Origin: the human T2T-CHM13v2.0 reference genome, Homo sapiens
Length of the DNA stretch: 64,000 bases
Strand: one strand, 5' to 3'
Assembly: GCF_009914755.1 (NCBI RefSeq)
Contig: NC_060947.1
Below the pieces are notes generated by a model. It searched no databases. It was not told where the DNA came from and was given only the letters and a program-made list of their open reading frames with translations. The translations under genes and the position numbers were made by a program. Positions 14,575 to 29,849 of this stretch are shown one piece after another. Position 1 is the first letter of the stretch, and each line of letters opens with the position of its first letter.

Positions 14575-15026
14575 TGTGGATACTATGGTTGATTTGTCAG
14601 TTCATTATTATTCATTTCCTCTCTTAATATGGCTGCCCTGCAGTGAATATACTTCCCTTCCCATTGACTTTGGGCTTGACTGTGTACCTTTGACCAATAG
14701 ACCATGGACAGACAGAAGGGACTGTGTGGCAGCTCTTAGCTGGAACTTTAAAGGCAGTTCAAGATTTGCTGGTTCCCCTTGTTCTTATCTTCCATCATGA
14801 GAGAATAATATGCCATATAAAAGCTGCTCTTTCCGCTAGGGTCCTGGGATGAGAAGACATTTAGAGCAGATCCATATTCTAGAATGAAAAGACCTTAACT
14901 TGATTCATAGTGTGGAGTAAAGCTGCAGCTGATCTGCAGACACATGAGTGAGTAATAAATGTTTGTTGTTATATGTCACTGGAATTTTGTCATTGTTTGT
15001 TACTGCAGCAAGAGCTGACAATTACA
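14575..15026 (+). mobile_element. MaLR MLT1-type solo LTR
   Basis: TG...CA ends, MLT1 motifs (cccattgactttgggctt; aataaatgtttgttgtt), imperfect 5-bp TSD acatt/atatt. Confidence 0.7.
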
Positions 15027-15789
15027 ATATTATAGTAAAACAAACAAACAATATGTGATTTCTGGGACAAAAAAACCAAAGTAAGCCTTTAATATAAATG
15101 TGCCCTGGTCGCATATATTGACTGCACTATCTCTCATTCCATACAGAAACTGTTTGCTAAAAAGTGTAGCAAGAAACAAAATATGAAATGGAATCAATAT
15201 TGTGTTAGAGCCTGATTTCTGCAGTCCAGATTGTCAGTCAGACTCTGACAAATGAAGGCTGATGGATGGAAAAACACAACATTGTTCAGTTGAGTTTCTT
15301 TGTCTTTCCTCTCATGTTGGGTGACTGTTCTTTTACTTAACTACAATTAGGTTTGCTAGACCACTGCAACACAGCTCTCTTTCACTATAACTGCATGCTG
15401 TCAAGTACGTGCCAACCTGATTGACAAAGAATGACAGGTTCTCTCTTCCCATTTTGAACTAATCAAGGGCAGCTCACCAAAGGGAGACTTAAAAAAAAAA
15501 AACTTAGAGATTTATGGATTTCAAAAATAATCTGTCCAAATATACAAAGCATAATGCAGCATTGATTTTTAAACTGGAAAGTGTTGTGAAACTGTGAAGA
15601 TATAATCTACTAAGCTGCATACTTGAAATGTTCAAGGCCAGTGAAAGAGTGGGCATAGGTGTGACCATCAAGTAACATCCAGAAGCCTCTATGGAAGCTC
15701 TCCACCTTAAAGTGGGGGTTTCAAAGTCTTTTTGGCAGAATTCTTTTGGCAAATGAAATATTACCAAAACTCTTCCAAAAAATCACTTG

Positions 15790-16445
15790 AGTCATTCCAT
15801 AAATATTGACAGATTACTTATTGTCTGCTAAACATTGTTTGAGGTACTAGATATGTAACAGCGAATAAAACAGACAAACTTTTTGTGTCCTCATAAAACT
15901 TACATTCTAATGGTGATAATGTGTAGTAAAAGAGAAATTAAGGTGCTTTGGAGAGTGAAAAGTGCTAAAGAACAAAATGTAAAGCACTGGATAGGAATAA
16001 GAGACTTAGGTATGGGGCAAAGGGAGGTGGCATGTGGAGAGTTTAGAAAGTGCCTGCAGGGAAAGCCTCACTGAGTAGGTGGTATTTAAATAAAGATCTG
16101 AAGGAAGTGAGGGAACGATTCAAGTAGCTATCTCAGGAAAGAACAATCTGTGCAGAGACAGCAAGTGCAAAGGCCCTGGGGCAGGAGTGTATGTGTATGT
16201 TCAATTAAAAAAAAAAGGACACCAGGGTGAGTGGAATCTAGTGAGCAAGGGGAGAGTAGTAGGAATGATAGTCATAGAGTTGGGGATGGAGGAGGATAGG
16301 TCCTGCATCTTTGGAAGGATCTTGGCTGTTATCCTGAGTGAGATTAGGAAGCATAGGAGAGTTTTCAGCAGAGGAGTGATGTGATCTGACTTATTTTTAA
16401 ACAGATCATTCTGGCTGCTGTATTAAGATTAGACTTTAAGAATGC
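15790..16445 (-). mobile_element. L2 LINE 3' fragment
   Basis: L2 motifs (gcaagtgcaaaggccctggggcagga; gatcattctggctgctgt). Boundaries approximate. Confidence 0.7.
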
Positions 16446-17077
16446 AGAGAACAGATGGCAGTTAAGAACAGATTCTTAAGGGGGTACAATCTGCATTGTT
16501 TGGATGGAAGGACTTTGTGAAAACCTGAAGCCATTATTTTGGAAAACTTTATACATACAGTTCCTAACTAAGGGCCAAAGCTCTGGTCTGGTTTAATAGC
16601 AGCACAGGACACTGCTTAGAAGAACATTCATTTAAACTGGTACTCCCAGGTCTTGCTGCCTTCCTAAGTCCTTACTGGTGAAGAGTATGGGCTCTTGAGT
16701 CTGGTTATCTAGGTTCCAATCCTAGCATGAATTGACTATTTCCAACAGAGACCAAATGGCCCATGAAGCCTCAAAAACTGACTGAAATTTTTCTATTTGG
16801 CCTTTTAAAGAAAAAAGTTGGCCAACACTGATGTAGAGAAACGGTTAGGTTCAGGCTCTGTGGCTCTAAAATCCTTCAAGTATGCATAATTATTCCACAA
16901 TGTAAACATATATCAAAACATCACATTGTACCTCATAAATATATGTACTTATTATTTGTCAATTAAAATAAAATAAAAAATACAGGGGTATTTTTAATAA
17001 TCAAACATTAGAAACAAATGCTTTTCTATAAACTCCTTATATAGACTCATAGAAAGAGTTAAACAATTTATAATTAG

Positions 17078-17615
<538 letters not shown>

Positions 17616-18375
17616 CTTTAGGATATTACAGTGTTGTTGGAAATAATCAGTCTAGAAATAAGAACATCTGGGTTCTAGGCTTATTAGCCCATGAGTTGGG
17701 GCAAGTCATTTAACTGCTCTAAGTTTCAGGTTTCAGTATCTTTAAATATAAAATAAATGAAACTAACAGATATTACTGTGAGTAAAGGGTTAAAAACACC
17801 CTTTGTCCATCTGTATGAGAATTTGTACTTTGATCAACTTTCTAGCTCCCTTCTCCCTAGAAAACTGATAAAGTTGGAATGTCAAATGTGTGAGCAGGCA
17901 ACATTGCTTCAGATTAAAAAAAAAAATGATGGGGACTGGTAAATTACACCTTGGTTAGGTGTTCTACATATGAACTATAAATACCTAATGGAAAACCATA
18001 ATTGTGGGGCGTCCCCAAGTACAACAATTCTTGTAACTAAGCATGTCCTTTTTGAGGACCTTGGAAACTATGTTACAAGGCATTGGCCTCTGGGATGCAT
18101 AAGGCTTCTAGGCCAGGGTTGACCCAGCATCTCGATTTGTTTCCTTCCTGTGCACCTGAGATGTCATGAGAGAGTGGACAGGTGCTGCAAAGTGAATAGC
18201 TCTTGGATGGCTCCCTGGGTGCTTCAGAGATTGCTACGCATACTCATCCTACTAAAGAGAGATACCCGATGCTACCTTCCTGCTAAGCTATATTCCTATA
18301 TCCTTCTAAGTGCCTTTGCTACTGAATGTGGTCATAGTATTGTTCAGTTGCACCTAATCAAAGAAGACTTACTGT

Positions 18376-18560
18376 TGTGTTTTACAATAATCAATTATAA
18401 GACTCACATTTTATTTCAACAGGTTAGCTGCTCTGAAATTGGGACACGTTTTATAAATGATAGCGTGTCATAGTCTAAAACGGCAGCACATTTTTCTTGG
18501 TGAAAAATAAAATAACAATGCATACTCTAATCAATGGTATCTTAAAAACAGTAAAATATG
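18376..18560. mobile_element. MER104-like TcMar MITE
   Basis: Resembles the recalled consensus (ctctgaaattgggacacg...gcgtgtcatagt...aaaatatgg). Confidence 0.55.
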
Positions 18561-18983
18561 GAAAGTGATCAGGCTTTTCATAGTAGGTCAGGATGAAATG
18601 ATTTAGTACATGTAAAGGTAATACTGCTACCATTTGTTGGAAACTGACTAAGTGCAAACACTCTGCTATGCACTTAACATAAATCATCTTAATTAATCTC
18701 AATCTCCATTGCAGAGCCTCTCAGCAATACTATTACCATTTTTTCAGATTAAAAAACTAGAGTCACGAAAGGTCAGAAACTTGCCTAGGGCACAACCTAA
18801 CATATGGTGAATCTGAGATTTGAACCCTAGTCTTTCTGAGGCAAATCCTGCATACATAATTACTATGCTACAGGGTCTCTGGATTTAAATATTGTACCAA
18901 TAAAAAGTAGGTTTTATTTGATGAATCCTACGGCTCAGAACGGAACAAAGTAGTTTCGATTAGGATGTAATGTGAGTTTAAAT

Positions 18984-19196
18984 CAGGGTTTCTCAGCTTC
19001 AGCCCTATTGCCATTTGGGACTGGATAATTATTTCTTGTCGGGAGCTACCCTGTGTACTGCAGGGTGTTTTGCAGCATGCCTGGTCACTATGCACAAGAT
19101 GCCAGTAGCACTTTCTCCTCCCCCATGTGTGACAACCACAAATATCTCCAGCAATTGCCAAATTCCCCTGGAATCATCTGTGGTAGAGAAGCATTC
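18984..19196 (+). mobile_element. MER20 hAT-Charlie MITE
   Basis: cagggtttctcagcttcagccctattgccatttggg...gtgacaaccacaaatatctccag. Confidence 0.8.
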
Positions 19197-21225
19197 TATT
19201 ATTGAATACATGAAGGAACAAATGAAAGAATGTCTGTTCACGGTCTGTATTTTCAGTGTACATGAATTAATATGACATGATATGAATGTCTTTCCTTCCT
19301 TTCTCTTATATACAACATTGTATGTAATGTCATCTGTTCATATACTCTTTCAGATGCACTTTTATCACGCTATGTCTCTTAACATTCATTTGAGTGTGGT
19401 TTTCTGATGAATTCTAACCATCATGGCATGTTTCAGTTTCTGGCTGAATGGGTCCTAATATCTCTGGATTATATATCCCAAAAGGATTAGGGAATACAGT
19501 AGATCTAAGGACTAGAAAGGCACATATTAAACAAAAGTGATTTTGACATATCTCTGAATAGTGGCCAGTGATATTTGCATTATTTTAAACCAATATAGAG
19601 CATCTCTAAGTTATTATCCATATAGTAATTGGACATGGTTCTTTAAGTCTTAACAGAATATTTACTTAAATCTGTTATTATTAAACACTAGAAGTTGCTT
19701 TTTAAAGATAAAACAGCCATTAGGCTAATTTTCATTAAAAGCAAAGAAAAGAGCAATTCAATTCTGACTTCATGACTGACATGCACTTTAAATAAAATTA
19801 AAGATGTTTTGTTTTTACTATTAGGTTCTGTACCAAAATCATAGTCATTATCTAAAACAACTCTTTCTAAGTGCTACCATAACTAATAAACTCAAGCAAT
19901 CAAATGGGTAATTGAATTAAACTCGTATTTTTTTAAAAAAAAACAGCAACAATATATCTGCATTCTCTCTTCTGAATACTCTTCCTAAACATGTACAGGA
20001 GACAGCAAATATATGGGTTTCTGAAATCAAGAAAAAGGACACATTATGTAATAAAGCCAATTCCTGGTTTACTCAATATGTCAGTCTTCATCTGTGATAC
20101 CAGGTCTTTAGACTGTTGCACTTAGCCTTTATACACTTATAACTCATGATTTCCATATGTTCCACTAAGTAGCCATTTTCACTAGTCTCCTGAAAAGTCA
20201 ACGATAAGATTTTGGATAAGGAATTGTAGACTTATATATTAGGTGCATATAATCCAGAACTCTACTAGAATCTAGAATATACAGACAACTCATATTAATC
20301 GGTAAGAGAAAGTAAACAATCCAACGGAAAATTGGGGTAAATATATGAAGAGTCAACTCACAGAAGGAAAAATCTGTCCAACAAACTTGAAAACTTGTTC
20401 AACCAGGGATATGCAAATTAAAATAATAAATTCCTGCCACTTCTTGCTGCTGGTGGAAAAGCAATTTGCAATATATGATAAAATTAAAAATGTGAATACT
20501 CTAATGAGGTAACAATTCCACTTCTAGGTGTTCTCATATGTCTATCTGAGGAGACCTACAGAGAATGTTGTTTCAGCATTGTTCATTAGTGAAGAGCTGG
20601 AACAATCTGATTATTCACTGTTAATCTAACGGGCACATTGATTGTTTGGTTTCTATTAAAATCAAGAATACTTTTACCAGATTACTTCTGTATTCTAAAG
20701 CCATTAAAAATCTTTGTTCGTATTTTTATGGAGTCCAAAGTTCTATTTAAGCTAGTCATAAGCAAAGTTAATGCTACTATTCATAATGGACTCATTGAAG
20801 ATACTAAAGATAATAAAATAACAATACTATCTCTAACAAATTGGACTTTAGTTACAATGGCATACACAGTACAATGTCCAAATAACATCTGTTCAGTTTT
20901 GAGTGAAGCACAGGAACGTGTATGTATGTATGTGTGTGTGCATAATTTGTATTTGTGTTATCTCTCCAATTATGTAAATCACTAATACTTATTACTATGC
21001 TAATACCAGAAGACGTATTGTAATAAAGGTCACATGAATTATTAATTTTTGTGTTTCTTATCACCTATTTCATCAAATAATTTTAAAGACAGAGATGCTA
21101 TCTATCCACACTTTCTCTACTTGTCATTCACAAAAGTTCCTTCAAACAAATCTTAAAAATTAAAAGTATGCGCACATGGCTTTGTAGTTTCATGTTTCAG
21201 TAAGGAGAATTTTACTTGGATCCTA

Positions 21226-21627
<402 letters not shown>

Positions 21628-22762
21628 TCATTTTAATGACCAGCATGTTACATAATCAATTATTATAAATGATTTTAAGCTGTTTAATGTTCAAATTAAA
21701 ACTTTTCTTAAAATAGCCTAATTTAAATAATTATGGATGTTTTCATTAACTATATTATTTGTGCCCTGTTATGTTCGGTAACTGCCAAATATTCATTGTG
21801 TCAAGGGGGTCACCAAAGTGTTCAGAATTTGGAAACTGTAGCTTCAGATGTATTAAACATGCAAACTCTACTTTTTTATATGTATCATTTTGAAATTACA
21901 GAACAAACTGAATGCATTTACACTAAGTAATAATTGAAGCAGTTAACTTGGCCCTACGGTGTTTCCTTTTCAAAATATGTCAGATATATACAGAGAAGTG
22001 TTTAATATCCCCTACAGATACATATATCATATATATGATATATGAAATATATAAGGAATTTAAATTTTCTATATCATGAATCACATACTGATTCATTCAT
22101 TCAGTATGTGAATGCATGAGTCTAATCCCACTGACACTATTGCTCAAAGGAGGGTCAGGAAGAATAGGGGGGAAAATGATGTGAATAGGAAAACAGTAAG
22201 CATATGGCAATTTTGAAGTATTTGGAATACAAAGTTATTATAAGTTGAGTACAGCTGACAAAAAAATGCATAGTAACATCAGCTAACTTTGCCTAGTAGA
22301 TGATAGGGGTACTTATATAAAATAGAATTGTATTTGTTAATTAGAATCATAATATACTCTTCAGTGATACAGAACTTAATATACTAAGTGAAATCTCAGT
22401 ATATAGAATTGTATATTCAAGAGGACATATTGCTATGGCATTTCTAAGCCGTAAATTCAACGCATAAAGTTTGGATGATTACATCTTCATTGGAGAGAAT
22501 CATGTTACTTTATGATATATTTTCATACTGATAACATCTAAGTTTATTCTGAATTAGGATATATGAAGTATTACTTAAAACCCTTCAGAATGTTACATAG
22601 TTTTGTTAGAGACATGCATCTTTAAATTATTTTTTAGATAATATATTATTATCATTTGGTAATTTTTCTCAACTCTCAAATATGAGTGGAAGTTTAAATT
22701 GGTATGAGTTCTTGAGATGGAAACTGAAGAGTGAAATAGCTTTATTTAAAATAGATACTTCT

Positions 22763-22798
22763 CCTAATGCTAAAACTTAAAGTATAATAAAAAAAAAT
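22763..22798 (+). mobile_element. 36-bp micro-L1 (extreme 3' terminus) with 15-bp TSD
   Basis: CTAAAACTTAAAGTATAATAAAAAAAAA is the L1PA terminus. TSD AAAATAGATACTTCT (22748-22762) / AAAATAGATAATTCT (22799-22813) at a TTT/AAAA site. Confidence 0.8.
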
Positions 22799-25279
22799 AA
22801 AATAGATAATTCTTAAAGTGTTCTTTTTAGTGTTCAATAATTTATATATATGTATTATATATATTATAGTTATAATGGCATATACAGTATAATGTTCAAA
22901 TAACATCTGTTCAGTTTTGACAAATATATATATTTGTCTTTTTCTCCCCATTGGGAAATAAAGTAACAAAGATTATGGCCACAGTTTATCTTGCTTTTGT
23001 TTTTCCTCACAGCACCTGATAGAGAGTTCTACCTGTAAACACCAAGTTCACTCCCTCCTCCACTAAATGACAATGTAACAAGTGGCTTCAAGTTGCTCCA
23101 ACTTTTTGGAAGGCATCCTTATACATAATGGATAATCACGCTTGTTTTTAGAGGTATCATAATTACAAATTTAGAATTCTAAGTGTTCTTCAGCAGTAAC
23201 TCAGAGATTTAAGAATCCCTTTAGTAACTGATATAGTCAGCAGAGAACCGTATTTCCTGATGAAAATACAAGCTCAGAGCCACAAGGTCAGCAGGGTAGA
23301 GACTTATCAGGCAGACAAGGGGCACTGTTCCAGAGAGCAGAGGGTCAGAGGAGACTGCAAGTACCTGCATAGAGATCTCAGGTCATGTATAATGCTTCCT
23401 CATCTGTCAACCCAGCTGCCATTTTGGAGAGGAGCAGGAGGAGAGCAAGGAAATCTAAAAGACTGGTCATTATCCATGAGGTCCCAACCCATAAAAAGAG
23501 ACTGGTGAAATCACTATTTCAGAGTGAGATGATAATTTTTTCTCACTGCCCAGTATGGGAAAGGGTTATGAAGATCACTGAGAAATAAATGAAGAAGTTT
23601 TCATTCTGAGAATCAATATTTGACTCCCGGACATACCCATTTAACTTCTCCTGCATATTTATTGTATGCATGAAAATGTATCTACTTAAGAATCTATGAC
23701 AGTGCTTTTCAAACTGTGGTTCCACAGACCAGAAATAACAGTTTCACATTAAATTTTAAGAAGCATGGCTCTAGATAGGATATAGTAGAATAAGGAATGG
23801 ATAAGTGTTAGCCTCCCAGATTTTAATTCATTTACATACTTATGGATATAACACTTATCTTTAAATGATACGACTTTGTGAATAAACAGCTTCATGAATA
23901 TAGCTTTATGAGACAATGGAGAAAGGTGGCCAAATTTTTTAAAAAGTTATGATTAGAAGAATTGTGTTGTTTTAAGTATTGCAAATTGCAAGTGCAGAGC
24001 ATGTCTGAATATATCTGAAATCCCAACGTGTTATTTTCTACCAACAGTCAATGCCACCAAGGGAGGTAACTTGCAAGTTTAAAACCTTCCTCATTTAACT
24101 TCCATTGTTTCTGCACCACGTTCTGTCTGCCAATCAAAGCCATCCCCTGGGCATTATAGTTAGTAAACCAGGTGGTCCATTCATCCACTTAAGCAGAAAT
24201 TGTTTGAAAATGATTGGAAGTGTTCCCATTTTTCTCCTCCACACAGAATCAGAAAGAGATGACACCCATGGGCAGAGCAGAGTTTTCTTTAGAGTACATA
24301 AAAAAAAAAACTGATAGCATGGCTTCTGACGTTCTCTCATAACTTCCTTCAAAGTATTATCTAAATTTCCTTCTAAAGGAGTAGTGAAGGACTGCTAAGT
24401 AAAAACTAAAATTCTAATATGCAGTAAAAGCATTATTTCAAGAAAGCATAAACATATTTAGGGTGACAAAATGACTTTTTAAGGTTTATTTCAAAAGCAA
24501 GAGAATGATCTAGGAGAGAGTAGAACTGCTTTAGGAGAAAATGGTATAATATTGGTGAATGGAAAATAGAAATTGGAACCTTTTAATTTCTATTGGGTTT
24601 GTTTCTTGTATGTCAAGAGGAATGGTATTCTAACTGCAAAGAATAAAACAAATAGCAGTGAGAGGGAACTGGTGTCCAAGATGGGTAAAGAGATTAGAAA
24701 GCCCCCAGCTGCTCAGAATTAACTCTCTTGATGCAGATAAATTACATCTCAGTATGCTAATACAACTGGCAAGTCAAATGGCAAACCATTGTGGTTACTC
24801 ATGAAGACTGGGAAAGTGCAGTTTTGATTTTCACAAGGAAAAATAAGTGTGGGAATAAAATGTTAAGCTTCCAGATAGTTATTCCAGATTTGGCTAGAAA
24901 ATGCAATGCAAAGAGAAGCCACAAACCTTCTTTAGGTAATGTATTTTGAAAGAATGGGAGTCAGTTGACACAGGCTCTTTGCAAAGACAAACCCTGTTCT
25001 AGCCATCAATGTATTGTTAGATAAATAAGAAAATGAAAGCAAATATTTACATATTAGTTAAAAATTTTTTAAATCTCTACTTGTGCTACAATTTGTCATC
25101 ATGTTGAACTTCTGTCCAGGATTGATGGCTAAGAAGAGCAAAGACCATTCCTATGCAATTCAAAGGTTAGTTTTGATGTTTTCAGGTTATAACCTTAAGA
25201 CTAGAATCTGTCTGTTGTAGAAAACATTCATTAAAACCTTTATCATAGAAAACCATGTTTTTACTTCAAGTTGTAAACT

Positions 25280-25800
25280 ATATTTGCCTTAGTAAGAAAG
25301 AGACCAATAACCCAAAAGAGAACATTGGCAAAAAACAAAAAAGTAGCAAACAGTGCATAGAAAAGGAAATAAAAATGATTCTGCAACACATGAAAAAATT
25401 CAAATTCACTCACAAAATGAATAAAGAATTCAAATTAAAATGACAGATATCACCATTTTTCTTGTTTAGAGGATCACAAAGGTTGATAACACACTGAGTG
25501 GGCACGGGTATGGGGAAAAGAAACCTTTCCTAATACTGACGAGATGTTCTATGAAGAGCAATTTGGCAAAATGTACTAACAAGACAAATGCCAGTTTGAC
25601 GCAGCCATTCGACGGCTAGGAATTTATCACATAGATATATTTGCAACGTGTAAAATGATGTGCACAAAGTTATACATTTTCTTATCTTAGCCAAAAGTCG
25701 AAACAAACTAAAGGCTCACTAATTGGAGTGCTGCTTAAGTGAATTATGGTATATCCTTAGAACAGAATAGTATGCAACTGTAAAAAAAAAAAAAAAAGAG
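25280..25800 (+). mobile_element. Ancient L1ME-type 3' fragment
   Basis: Decayed ORF2-end and 3'UTR motifs (gcaatttggcaaaa; ttgacgcagccattc...ctaggaatttatc). Boundaries approximate. Confidence 0.6.
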
Positions 25801-25835
25801 ACAGTTCTTTAACTACTAATACAGAAAATAATCAC

Positions 25836-25837
<2 letters not shown>

Positions 25838-25878
<41 letters not shown>

Positions 25879-25935
25879 CACACACACACACAGCATTTTA
25901 CTCTTCCCTTTCTTATAAGGGAGGGAGAAGAGTGC

Positions 25936-25975
<40 letters not shown>
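25838..25975. repeat. Compound (GT)n(TA)5(CA)7 tract plus a second (CA)n tract
   Basis: Read directly. Confidence 0.92.
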
Positions 25976-25977
<2 letters not shown>

Positions 25978-26146
25978 CATTTTAGTCTTTCCTTTCTTAT
26001 GAAGGAGGAAGAAGAGTGCTTTTCCTTCTGCCCTCGCCAAGCCAAGGAAAAGGGCTTCAAAAGAACCATCTTTTGAAGGATGCAGAAACAGTATTTATAG
26101 TATTCTAACAGCTGGCTTTATTTTAAGAGGACAAGAGTAGAAAATA

Positions 26147-26150
<4 letters not shown>

Positions 26151-26182
<32 letters not shown>
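26151..26182. repeat. (AC)16 microsatellite, probably the DMD intron 48 linkage marker DXS997
   Basis: The repeat is read directly. Flanks TGGCTTTATTTTAAGAGGAC and ACCCAGGAAACTGAAAAC match my recollection of the DXS997 primers (unverified). Confidence 0.65.
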
Positions 26183-26185
<3 letters not shown>

Positions 26186-26339
26186 CATCCTATTCTTGGA
26201 AGGCTACCCAGGAAACTGAAAACCTTGGCAGCACATGGGGAGAGAAACTGTGTGGCTGAAAGACAACAATGCAACAGAGGATTTCAATGCTTTTGAATTT
26301 TGTACTGGAAGAAAGTATCTATTCAATAAACAAACAAAA

Positions 26340-26636
26340 TTATTATTATTATTATTAAAGATGGAGTCTTGCTCTGTCACCCAGGCTAGAGTGCAGTGGT
26401 GCAATCTCGGCTCACTGCAACCTCCGCCTCCAGGTTCAAGGGATTCTCCTGCCTCAGCCTCCCGAGTAGCTGGGATTAGAGGCACTCACCACCATGCCCA
26501 GCTAATTTTTGTATTTTTAGTGGAGACGGGGTTTCATCACCTTGGCCAGGCTGGTCTGGAACTCCTGACCTCGTGATCCACCTGCCTCAGCCTCCCAAAG
26601 TGCTGGGAGTACAGGTGTGAGCCATTGCGCCTGGCC
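26340..26636 (-). mobile_element. AluS (Sg-like) with (TAA)n-type tail
   Basis: Full dimer on the minus strand. Confidence 0.9.
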
Positions 26637-26945
26637 TATTTATATTATCTTTAAAGTCTGTTATACAGGGATAAATTTACCCCCAACTTTGTAATAATTA
26701 ACCCAGTATGACATCACTGATACAGTACTAATTAACTCATTTTCTATAAAACTGTGCAGATTATCTTAAAATTCGAAACAAAAATGAAGTACAATACAAA
26801 TGATAACAACAGTTCCAGAAAACAACACTTAAGCATACCACACGTAACACAATGTAATAACCTGCGTTATATTCTTTGGTACCCTATGCTATCTTATTCT
26901 ATTTTATTTTACCCATTAAATGGATTTCATAACTCATCAGTGGGT

Positions 26946-27267
26946 TGTAAGATTCTCTCCCGGGCCTGAAAGCTTAAGGAGATGAGTAACTCCTCCTTTC
27001 TCAGGCCCATTCCTAAGGCACAAGGCTACTTGCCTGAGCAGCATGCACCGGCGAAATAGCAGAAGCAGGAAGAGAGCCGGCCAGAAGACAAGTACCTCTG
27101 AAGATCGAGAAAGAGGCCATCCGGGTACAATGCAGCAGTTACGTCAGGCCAGGAGACTTCCTGTTTACAGGAGACTATAAAACCTTTGTCCAGTCCTCAC
27201 TTGGGGCTAACGCCATTTTAGGCCTGAGGCTGCCCGCACCCAGGCGCTCATTAAAACAGCATGTTGC
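26946..27267 (+). mobile_element. ERV1 LTR2-like (HERV-E/Harlequin) LTR, 3'-truncated
   Basis: TG start; ggcctgaaagcttaaggagatgagtaactcc; TATA (ctataaaa ~27176); ATTAAA ~27250. It stops at the Alu junction. Confidence 0.75.
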
Positions 27268-27653
<386 letters not shown>

Positions 27654-28514
27654 TTACAAAATAAAAGCACACCTCTCTGACCTATCCCACTGGTGCATTG
27701 TAGTCAAGATACATTTATGCCAAATAAAAGTACAATTCAAAATATTAGCGACTGAAATCCTTCTTTACTCAAGGTACCATCAAATACCCATCCATCTCAT
27801 AATAGATTCATTTTCAATAACTATCCACTGAGTATGTTTAATAATTATTTATCAAAAGGTACATATATTTAGGTTATTTGGTTATTACTAAGTGTATTTA
27901 TTATTAATACTTTAAATACTACTCAATCTAGAGAATTTTAAAAATACTTAGAGCCTTGTAGTCACAGGAAATTGTTTTTAAAAATTGAATTTAAGTCCAC
28001 ATAAATATAATTTTATAAAGAATTATGATAGAGTGGCTAATAAAACTTTATAGCATAAATATGTATGACATATTTATCACATTAGAATACAATTCTTTGG
28101 GGAAGTTGAAAAATATGATTTAAATAAAAAGGAATAATATAAAACTTCTATTTATTAAATATGAGCTTTTTCATGTATTTTTAAGTATATGATGGTAGAC
28201 ATTATATTGCAATGGTATTTGGATTCCACGGGATACATTCTAAACTGTACTATAAACCCTTTTAAAATGTCAATATTTACTGTATCCCAAGGGCAGAAAA
28301 TAGATGTCATCTTTAAAATGTGCAAGCAGATATTCAATTTTCTAAAATATTTTTATTTTTTATAAATACAATGGTCTGAATGCCACTATAATAGAGGTTC
28401 TTTGAAGCCCTCTTCCTTGGCTTGGCAAAGAGGAAAAGCACTCTTCTCCCCTCCCTCATAAGAAAGGGAACAGTAAAAGTCATAGAAGTTTTCTCATGTC
28501 CAACAAATTGTTAG

Positions 28515-28997
<483 letters not shown>

Positions 28998-29849
28998 TGA
29001 AAGCCTAATTTTTATTGTTAGTACCTCTTACCATAACTCCTGATACAACAAGAAAGGTCCCATTCACTGTCTTTTTCTACGCCTTAGGAAATGTGTTCCC
29101 ATCTTAGTTTTGCCTTATCTAACAGAGTCCCAGGGAAATTCACTCAATTTTTCATTTTTAGTGAAGAAGAAGGTCAGGTTAAAAAGGGTAAGTGAGTTAA
29201 ACAATATCGTAAAGCCAGTAAGTGTCAGCACTGGGATTCAAACTTAGTCTTTTGTTTCTTTCCCCTTATTATTCTACTTCAACTCAGCAATGGTTTTTGG
29301 AGTTGAGTAGAAAAAACAAAAAGTAAGAGGAAGATTATGGTACCCAGTGTTCATAAAGAGAAGCAGATGCCTAATTCCACTAATAGATGAAACTATCCAC
29401 AAACTTAAACAAACACGCTTCAAGGTGTTATCAAGCCAGAATTATACTCTTGCCCAGAGGCAACCTAAACTCAGGAGAAAAACATTCAATAAATCTGTGT
29501 TCAGTTGCATGGTAAAAGGGAATAATTTGTCTTTTTGTCCAGTAACTGTCATCCAGTGTTTTTCAGGACACATTCCACTGATATTTTCATATCCAATATA
29601 AAACACTGAAACTTTTTTCTAAAGGTCTCTTCCTTGTTCCTTACCTCCCGAACACCACTTTTAAAAAATTTTTTTTAAAAATGAAATCAGATAACAGGTG
29701 AACTTGAGCTAGTACACATCTATCTAAGGGAGTTACTATTTGAATTTGAATTATCCATTCTAAAGTGAATTTAATGACATTAACCTCTGCAAAGCTAATT
29801 TTGTGAATGTTGAGTACACTCCTGACTGATTAATTGGGAATCCATTGGT

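Noticed and set aside
24640-25140. Possible L3/CR1 fragment
   Set aside because: Resemblance too faint to support without an HMM search.
25893-26182. Repeat-spacer pattern resembling a CRISPR array
   Set aside because: Only two tandem units, the spacers are (CA)n, and the context is a human intron with no cas genes.
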